Origin: Enhygromyxa sp. | Lineage (GTDB): Bacteria; Myxococcota_A; Polyangia; Nannocystales; Nannocystaceae | DNA length: 28,495 bases | Assembly (NCBI GenBank): GCA_035538075.1 | Contig: DATLLB010000360.1 | Coordinates: forward strand, 1-28,495 | Direction of reading: 5' to 3' | Part shown: positions 16,801 through 22,427 of the stretch, one piece after another | How the letters are laid out: every line of letters begins with the position of its first letter | Numbering within the stretch: position 1 is the first letter of the stretch | Made by a program: the position numbers and the translations under genes | The notes under the pieces: model-generated | What the model was told of the DNA's origin: nothing | The model's database searches: none | Seen by the model: only the letters and a program-made list of their open reading frames with translations

Positions 16801-19800
16801 GCGCCAGCGGGTGATCGACGGGCATGCTCGCGACGATGCGCTCGCGGCAGTCGGCCGCTCGCTCGCCGCCGTCGGCCTCGCGATCGAGCAGCGCCGCGGC
16901 CTCGGCCAGCAGCTCCGCCCGGCGTCCGGTGTCGTCGAGGATCTCGGTCAGCACCGAGAGCGCGTCGATCAGCCCCTCGCGTGCGGTCGCAGCCTCGCCC
17001 GAGTCGCCCTGCTGCGGCCCAAGGCGCAGGGCGACCAGCGCCTCGGCGGTCTCGCGATCGTTGCGGTTGCGCTCGATCAACCGGCGGTACTGCAGGATCG
17101 AACCGGCCTCGTCGCCGAGCCGCTCGCGCAGGATCGTCGCGGCCTCCTTGCGCAGCGCGGTCGACTCGATCGGATCGAGCGTCCCCTCGGCGCGGGCCGG
17201 CAGCACGGCCGCGAGGATGTCCCAGCGCTCGAGCTCCCTCGCCCAGCGCTCGCTGGCCCGCAGCGCGCGGTCGTTGTGCGGATCTTCGGCGCGCACGTGC
17301 TCGGCGGCCTCGAGCGCGCCGTCGAACTCACCCAGCTCGCCGAGGATCTGCGCGGCCTCGATCAAGGCCTCGTGACGGACCGGCCCGCTCTCGAGCTCGG
17401 CGATCGTCAAGAGCCCGGTCGCGAGCTCGGCCTGACGATCGGCCTTGCGGTAGGCCGCCACCGCGGCGCGCTGCAGCTCGAGGTTCTCGGGCTCGAGGTC
17501 GAGCGCGTCTTCATAGGTCGCGATCGCAGCGTCGAGATCCCCGATCTGCTCGAGATAGATCTTCGCCGCGCGCCCGAGGATGCGCAGCTGATCGGCCGGC
17601 TTCGGCACGCGCTTGCCGACCGCCCGCAGGCGCGCGGCGACGGGCGCCCAGCGCCCGGTGACCTCGCCGAGCCGCAAGAGCTCGTCGACCAGCGGCACCT
17701 GAGCGTTGACCGAGATCGCGTCGATCAGCTCGAGCAGCGCGTCGAGGGCGTTGCCGGGCGCGCCGAGCCGGCGCTCGGCGATCTCGGCCAGCTCGCGCAA
17801 CAAGATGATCTTCTCGCTCTCGGCCTGGCTCAGCCGCGCGCGCACGCTCAGCACGTCGGCCACCCGATCCCAGCGCTCGGCCGCGCGAGACTCTCGCTCG
17901 ATCCGGCTGATCGCCTCGCGGGCGGGCAGGTGCGCGGGCTTCTGCTCGAGGATCCACGTCCACGCCTCGAGGTCGTCGGGATCGTCGGGCTCGGCCAGCT
18001 TGATCGGCCCCGACTTGCCGCTCTCGGACTTGGCCAGCACCTGATCGGCGCGGTGCGGGGTGGTGAGGATCGTCGCGATCTCGGTGCGCAGCTGCTTGGG
18101 ATCGGGCCGCTTCGACGGATCGGGGTGCATGGCCAGGGCCAGCAGCGCGTCGATGCGGCGATCGATCCCGGCGACGATCGACGACGGCGTCGGCATCGAG
18201 CCGAGCGCGAGCTGGCCGGTGATGCAGCGATACAGCATGGCCGCGAGCGCATAGCTGTCGCTGGCCGGGCTCGGGGCCACGCCCGCGAGCAGCTCGGGCG
18301 CGCCGAAGCCATGGTTCTCGCGCACGATCGCCGGCCGCGCCCACGAGACCAGCGGCGAGAACCCAAAGCCGCGCAGCTTGGCGCCCTCCTGGGTGATCAG
18401 CACGTGACGCGGATGCAGGTTGCGGTGCACGAGCTGCTTGGCGTGCGCGAGCGCGACGACCTCCATCAGCGGCCCGATCAGCTCGAACGCTCGGTCGACG
18501 CTCAGCGGCTCCTGGGTCTCGGCCAGCAGCCGCGAGAGCGGCACGCCGGCGTCGGGCTGCATGATCACGCCGAACACTCGGCCCTCGGCCACGCTCCCGC
18601 GCACGCGCACGAGCCCGGGGTGATCGAGCTCGGCCAGGCTCTGCACCTCGCGAGCGAAGCGCTCGCGCTCGGCCGGGCTGACCGGGCGGCCGAGCGTGCC
18701 GACCTCGATCGCGACCAACGCGTTGTCGGCCGCGCGGTCGTGGCACTCCAGCCAGATCCGCGAGCCCACGCGACCACGCACGGTCACCAGGGCGAAGCGC
18801 GGCGAGACCAGGGCGAGGTTGCGATCCTGCTCGGCCGCCACCTCCAGACCGGTGCGCGCGCCCTCTTCATCGCCCTCGGCCAGGGCCAGCAGCGCGAGGT
18901 TGAAGCGCGCGAGTCGTTGATCATTCGCGTCCGCGTCCTGGGTCACGACCTGCGTGAAGGCCTTGCGTGCGCGCGCGAGCCAGCGGCTCTGGTTGCGCTC
19001 CGACACGCGCGCGTGGGTCAGCCACACGCAGCCGAACCGCAAGAGATCCCGGGAAGCGAGCGACTCGAGCCCGCCCGGCAGCGCGTCGGCCAGCCGATCG
19101 ATCTCGTGGGCGTCGACGCCAAACGCCGCGTCCACGCTCAGATCTGCGCGCGGCGGGACTGCCCGAAGGATTCGCCCGAGCTCGAGCGCAGGCAGTCGCT
19201 CGGCCGCCTGCGACGGCGCGCTGCCGGCCGCCTTCGCAGCTTCGGCCAGCTCACCGAGCAGCTCGACGAGCCCGCTGGTCGGCAGCACCTCAACGCCGAA
19301 GCGCTCGCGCAAGCCCGCGGCCACGGCCGCGCCCACGCCCGGCAGGAACAACAGCGGCGGTCGTCCGGCGCTCGGGATCTTGCGCAGGATCGTCAAGATC
19401 TGGCGCAGGTCGGGATCGCCGAGCTCGAAGCCCACGAGCACCAGCGTGCCCGTGCGGACCAGCTCCTCGACCAGCTCGCGCAGATCGTGAGCGCGGCGCA
19501 GATCGTCGCTCGGCGAGGTGTGCAGCACGAAGCTCTCGTCGCCCCGATGGGCAGCGTCGCGGACGATCGTCGGTCGCCGCTCGCCCGCCGCCTCGCGAGC
19601 GCGCGCGAGCAGATCCGGGTACGCGGTCGCCAGGCACGAGCGCCACGGGATCCGACCGAGGGCCAGCGCCGCGTCGGGCAGCGCTGCGTCTTCGGCCAGC
19701 GCTCGCGCGAGCGCGGCATCGATCGCCTCGGCGCCCTTCGTGCGACGCACCCAGTCGAGCACCGTGAGCCGCTCGCCCGCGTCGATCAGCGGCTCGAGCT

Positions 19801-19948
19801 CGAGCTTCGCCTCGCCCTCGCCGACCAGCTCGCGCAGCAACGTCGCCCAGCCGGGCCGCCCTGCCAGCGCCCCGATCCCCGCACCCGTCCACAATACGCA
19901 GTCACCAGTCGAAATCGCCGCGATTAGATCACTCGGGATTGCTTGCAT
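13895..19948 (-). CDS. giant multidomain protein: SIR2-like N-terminal domain / protein-kinase-fold pseudokinase / long TPR-like repeat region / unassigned C-terminal domain
   Basis: 2017-aa uninterrupted ORF. aa 1-230 has SIR2_2-like blocks (LWTGAGIGALAGRPGW; LATAYPDLL; FVLHTSPSD; LVLVGFELGDPDL). aa ~385-628 has kinase subdomains (VAIE, HRNLHPRH, GFG, APE, SDSYALAAMLY, HPDPSKRP). aa ~690-1735 is a helical-repeat region rich in TPR-like A/L/E/R hairpins. The last ~278 aa are not recognised. Confidence 0.85.
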   Translation of the reverse strand: MQAIPSDLIAAISTGDCVLWTGAGIGALAGRPGWATLLRELVGEGEAKLELEPLIDAGERLTVLDWVRRTKGAEAIDAALARALAEDAALPDAALALGRIPWRSCLATAYPDLLARAREAAGERRPTIVRDAAHRGDESFVLHTSPSDDLRRAHDLRELVEELVRTGTLVLVGFELGDPDLRQILTILRKIPSAGRPPLLFLPGVGAAVAAGLRERFGVEVLPTSGLVELLGELAEAAKAAGSAPSQAAERLPALELGRILRAVPPRADLSVDAAFGVDAHEIDRLADALPGGLESLASRDLLRFGCVWLTHARVSERNQSRWLARARKAFTQVVTQDADANDQRLARFNLALLALAEGDEEGARTGLEVAAEQDRNLALVSPRFALVTVRGRVGSRIWLECHDRAADNALVAIEVGTLGRPVSPAERERFAREVQSLAELDHPGLVRVRGSVAEGRVFGVIMQPDAGVPLSRLLAETQEPLSVDRAFELIGPLMEVVALAHAKQLVHRNLHPRHVLITQEGAKLRGFGFSPLVSWARPAIVRENHGFGAPELLAGVAPSPASDSYALAAMLYRCITGQLALGSMPTPSSIVAGIDRRIDALLALAMHPDPSKRPDPKQLRTEIATILTTPHRADQVLAKSESGKSGPIKLAEPDDPDDLEAWTWILEQKPAHLPAREAISRIERESRAAERWDRVADVLSVRARLSQAESEKIILLRELAEIAERRLGAPGNALDALLELIDAISVNAQVPLVDELLRLGEVTGRWAPVAARLRAVGKRVPKPADQLRILGRAAKIYLEQIGDLDAAIATYEDALDLEPENLELQRAAVAAYRKADRQAELATGLLTIAELESGPVRHEALIEAAQILGELGEFDGALEAAEHVRAEDPHNDRALRASERWARELERWDILAAVLPARAEGTLDPIESTALRKEAATILRERLGDEAGSILQYRRLIERNRNDRETAEALVALRLGPQQGDSGEAATAREGLIDALSVLTEILDDTGRRAELLAEAAALLDREADGGERAADCRERIVASMPVDHPLALDAVAGLIRFYKRSDAHDQLAALLERRAKLDALPQSERFSLWTQLYELASGSLKDSVRERLALENLVALEPGQGRWRDLLIERLRDAGEQDRAEALLRERIADAQSPEDRASMLIAVARMRERAGELEEAEARVREALALDDASPAASAAWALLRELLEQRERPLEALEAQIRAAQTSNDPRAKVRELFAAAKTWIETLHKPERGLPLIREVVEIDPHHEAATGKLVELLVDRGELEAAWPHAERWVTQVRVSNPDARELNAHVYALAGRCALAVHDKERARELLREAKQFDPRNRDVARALADLELESQSWEAALKAYQGLAIQGQEADPRSQAEIYLRMGQARHGMGESGKALQMIDRALDIDPSYVDAARFLVTIADGPLRKVEARERLLAVLEAELRGFDESDDRRAAREQELLDMRLELASTLADELNRPADAVAQMRAVIERRPGDISLLHRALELYSKAEQWAEAVAVLDQLATLQEQGPIQAKYRYAAASLMRAHNLDMTGVIVRARLLGVLEADPLHDKAFAAVREQLEAAKDWRELSKALRARLKALPEDGEVEQRVGLLDQIAGIYERHLDDKRTAMIAYEQAIALARSLATSDDARQLERRNKVVALSVQLGDDALDKGIEQVQMLIAENPLDYDSYHRLVELYLAAKQRDAAIAVSRTLRFLKQADEAEIELAEELGENFAPPRGTIPRKLWRETILPNHPSTRLADVYGLLWPVMAAREGLTLTAAGFDRNTRETVTLQASGIARWVAYMSQVLDMPPPDLYLRKGEPGGFRVTALGDAKGVYPTLIAGDEALGKQPDAAIAFRVGRAIARAHPHLLGSALLPSTSGLRDAIYGAVGLTHPQVAIPKELIEPARGWAEAIKKMLPPARVDDLRKSVAKVIERGGADTKAWLRGCDHSSARLGFLLCDNIDVAARVILQGGPGQQVDPREQIKGLIAFSVSGPYLELRRSLKLGK

Positions 19949-20092
19949 GTCGCCGTCCGAAATGGCGCCCGCCCCCCGCGGACGTCCATCCGGCGGATCT
20001 TCGCACTGGCCTCTCCGATTCTCTACAAAAACGCACTTCGCGAGCTTCGGGACAGGCGCCCCGCTGCACAGGCATACAGTCGTGTCCGTCCG

Positions 20093-20401
20093 TCAGTCCT
20101 CGATCGCGATCACCACCCCGTAGATCGCGGCGCGTGCGACCCAGCCGTTGATGCCGCCGCGGTTGTTGCCAATCAAGAAGCGTCGCTGCGCGCCGTGGCC
20201 TTGGATGGCCTTTACCAGGTGCACGTAGACGTTTCCCTTGCAGCGGCACAGCACGGCGTCGTCGATCTCGGGCTCGCGCGCGGGATCGAGGGTCACGAGC
20301 TGACCGCTCTCGATCCGACCGCGCATCGAGCCGCCGTGCGGCCGGCACTGCGCGATCTGACCGGCGCGCAGCTTTGCAATCACCGCGTCTGCCCAGCTCA
20401 T
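20093..20401 (-). CDS. standalone S24 (LexA/UmuD-like) peptidase-domain protein
   Basis: 102 aa from ATG 20401 (MSWADAV...). GGSM Ser motif and a downstream Lys (VHLVKAI) have the spacing of the S24 Ser/Lys dyad. No HTH domain. ATGA overlap with the upstream 87-aa gene. Confidence 0.55.
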   Translation of the reverse strand: MSWADAVIAKLRAGQIAQCRPHGGSMRGRIESGQLVTLDPAREPEIDDAVLCRCKGNVYVHLVKAIQGHGAQRRFLIGNNRGGINGWVARAAIYGVVIAIED

Positions 20402-20661
20402 TGCGGCCCCTCGATCCGGTAGTCGAGCATGCGCCGTTGCGCGACCTCCTTGCAGCGATCGGCGTCGGGCAGGTGCAGCTTGCCGCGCAGATGCGCCCGC
20501 AGGATGCAAAGCTCGGTCGCCTCGCGCTTGGCCGCGAGCAGCGAGCGCTGGACGGCGGCCATCGGCTCGGTCCAGGTCGTGCGCAGCAGCGCCTTCATCG
20601 ATCGGATGCGGCCCTCGAGCGCGCGGCGATCTTGCTTCAGTCGTTGGTTGTCGATGTTCAT
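20398..20661 (-). CDS. hypothetical 87-aa protein (predicted helical/coiled)
   Basis: ATG at 20661 (MNIDNQRLKQDRRALEGRIRSMKALL...). Preceded by an atypically AT-rich 40-nt spacer. Its stop overlaps the start of the S24-like gene. No family recognised. Confidence 0.5.
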   Translation of the reverse strand: MNIDNQRLKQDRRALEGRIRSMKALLRTTWTEPMAAVQRSLLAAKREATELCILRAHLRGKLHLPDADRCKEVAQRRMLDYRIEGPQ

Positions 20662-20701
20662 GTTTGTTTTTCTGTCTTTCTGGTTGTGAGTGTTGGGTGA
20701 A

Positions 20702-21064
20702 TCAGCGCAGCAAGCCGAGCGCGCCCGTGACCGCCGCAACGCGCTCTCGATCGCAGACCGGCGTGACGCCGATCGCCATCAAGGCCCCGTTCCACGGCGG
20801 ATCCGGCTCGCGGATCGCTCGATGCGGAATTGCCAATCGCCGCAGCTGCTGCTCGATCGCGAGGAGGTGAGCCTCGTCGCGAGCCGCCAGCGCCACGGCG
20901 ATCGTGGATGCCGGCAAGTCTCCCCCGGCGCTCTCGCCCGCAGCGTGGATCAGCTGCGCAGCGAGGACTCCACGAGGAAGATCCTGCCGAACGATGCAAT
21001 AGTGGGTGTGCGCCCGACGGGAGTCGAACCCGCTCGGCCCAGGGTGCTTACCCCCGGGCTCCAT
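20702..21064 (-). CDS. PTH2-like (peptidyl-tRNA hydrolase 2 family-like) protein, start uncertain
   Basis: The conserved part begins at YCIVRQDLPRGVLAAQLIHAAGES and ends VAAVTGALGLLR, mirroring the PTH2 pattern (VVRxDLxMxxGKxAAQxxHAA ... VTGxLKLL). The DAG(R)T block is replaced by EPDPPW. The nearest in-frame ATG is 21064, and the ORF stays open up to 21193. The N-terminal ~19 codons overlap the tRNA-like element. Confidence 0.5.
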   Translation of the reverse strand: MEPGGKHPGPSGFDSRRAHTHYCIVRQDLPRGVLAAQLIHAAGESAGGDLPASTIAVALAARDEAHLLAIEQQLRRLAIPHRAIREPDPPWNGALMAIGVTPVCDRERVAAVTGALGLLR

Positions 21065-21080
21065 CCAAATGGCCAGACGC
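21009..21080 (-). pseudogene. degenerate tRNA-like element (probable tRNA pseudogene or integration-site remnant)
   Basis: Minus-strand sequence: GCGTCTGGCCATTTGGATGGAGCCCGGGGGTAAGCACCCTGGGCCGAGCGGGTTCGACTCCCGTCGGGCGCA. The 7-bp acceptor GCGTCTG/CGGGCGC has 2 G-U pairs. The T-arm GCGGG-TTCGACT-CCCGT is canonical. TGGATGGAGC is a D-loop/stem remnant, but the 5' D-stem is decayed. The anticodon stem CGGGG/CCCTG has a non-canonical loop GTAAGCA (pyrimidine at position 37). No CCA. Confidence 0.4.
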
Positions 21081-21309
21081 CGATATCGAGCTGCGAAGCC
21101 TCGGACACGTCCGAGAATTCGTAGAAGCAACACCCCGCTCCGGGCGGGGCCACCGAGGCTGTCAAGCTCGCATGCGTCGAAAAGTAGGGGCACCAGGCGC
21201 GCGAGGCAAAGCCAAGCACTCGTGAGAAGGCGCGCGGTCTGGTGATCCGCTGCACAGACGCCTCGCTGATCGATCCTTCCTCTGCGTCCGGCTGCTACAT
21301 GGGGCGGCG

Positions 21310-22350
21310 ATGAGCAAGACCCTGTACCTCCCGCCGCGCGGCAAGACCCTGGTGACCGGCGGCAGCGGTCACTTCGGCGCCAACTTGGTGCGGCGGCTGA
21401 TCGCCGAGGGTCACGAGGTGCGAGCGCTCTATCAGCCGGGCGCCAACAACCGCGCGCTCGAAGGGCTCGAGCTCGAGCTGTTCGCCGGTGACGTCCGCGA
21501 CGCCGCGGCCATGCGCGAGGCCTGCCGCGACTGCGGGCAGGTCTTCCACGCCGCGGCCAAGGTCTCGACGCGATCGCCCTCGCCTGCGCAAGAGCGGGAG
21601 ATCTACGAGATCAACGTGCTCGGCACCCGCAACGTCGTGCAGGCCAGCCTCGCGAGTGGGGTCGATCGGTTGTGCCTGACCGGATCGTTCTCGGGCATCG
21701 GCATCGATCCCGACAACCCGTCGCGCCCGGTCCACGAGGGCATGCCGTTCTACCCGTTCATGGACTGGCTGCCTTACGCCCGCACCAAGACGCTGGCCGA
21801 GCACGAGGTGCTCAAGGGCGTGGCCGACGGGCTCGACGCGGTGATCGCCGTGTCGACCGGCATCATCGGGCCGCACGACTTCCTGCCGTCGCGCACGGGC
21901 AAGGTGCTGATCGACTTCGCCAACGGCAAGCTGCGCGGCTACATGCCTGGCGGCTCCGAGTTCGTGCGCGCGGCCGATCTGGTCGAGGGTCACCTGCTCG
22001 CGATGGCCAAGGGCAAGACCGGTCGTCGCTACCTGCTGTCGACCGAGTTCTTGACGCTCGACGATCTGCTCGATCGCTTCGCCGAGCTGTTCGGCGGCCG
22101 CAAGCCGTGGCTGCGCATGCCGGTGCCGCTGATGAAGACCGTCTCGCACGTGTACGCCGGGACCGTGCGGCGGGTGTTCCCCGACGCGCCGCAGCGGCTC
22201 ACGCCCGGGGCGATCGAGATCCTGGCGATGAACCGCCACGCCGACATCAGCCTCGCTTGCGAGGAGCTCGGCTACCGGCCGACCTCGATCCGCGAGGCCG
22301 CGCGCGAGTCCTACGAGTTCTTCCGCGGCATCGGGATGATCCCGGCCTGA
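21310..22350 (+). CDS. NAD-dependent epimerase/dehydratase family protein (extended SDR)
   Basis: 346 aa. Rossmann motif LVTGGSGHFGANLVRRL. Catalytic YARTK (YxxxK). Overall layout resembles dihydroflavonol-reductase/HpnA-like sugar epimerases. Confidence 0.85.
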   Translation: MSKTLYLPPRGKTLVTGGSGHFGANLVRRLIAEGHEVRALYQPGANNRALEGLELELFAGDVRDAAAMREACRDCGQVFHAAAKVSTRSPSPAQEREIYEINVLGTRNVVQASLASGVDRLCLTGSFSGIGIDPDNPSRPVHEGMPFYPFMDWLPYARTKTLAEHEVLKGVADGLDAVIAVSTGIIGPHDFLPSRTGKVLIDFANGKLRGYMPGGSEFVRAADLVEGHLLAMAKGKTGRRYLLSTEFLTLDDLLDRFAELFGGRKPWLRMPVPLMKTVSHVYAGTVRRVFPDAPQRLTPGAIEILAMNRHADISLACEELGYRPTSIREAARESYEFFRGIGMIPA

Positions 22351-22354
22351 ACCG

Positions 22355-22419
22355 GCGTGCTCCCGAAAATCGCGAAGCGATTTTCGGGAGTGTGTTTCGG
22401 CGCATCGCCGAAAAGCACT
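22355..22419. repeat. 65-bp double-hairpin repeat, copy A (REP/MITE-like, possible bidirectional terminator)
   Basis: GCGTG-CTCCCGAAAATCGC-GAA-GCGATTTTCGGGAG-TGTG-TTTCGGCG-CAT-CGCCGAAA-AGCACT. Perfect 14-bp and 8-bp stems. It fills the 77-bp gap between convergent genes. It is 63/65 identical to the reverse complement of 24401-24465. Confidence 0.85.
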
Positions 22420-22427
22420 GAAGTTAT

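Noticed and set aside
14240-19927. 1895-aa ORF on the plus strand, the second longest in the window
   Set aside because: It lies entirely antisense to the 2017-aa gene. Its translation is dominated by R/A/G/L/D/Q runs with no recognisable domains. The minus-strand frame shows ordered kinase, TPR and SIR2-like motifs. This is a typical high-GC shadow ORF.
21065-21193. N-terminal extension of the PTH2-like ORF to ATG 21193
   Set aside because: The extension (MPLLFDACELDSLGGPARSGVLLLRILGRVRGFAARYRRLAIW) reads through the tRNA-like element and hairpin-rich non-coding DNA and has no counterpart in PTH2-type proteins. It is kept only as an uncertainty on the start.
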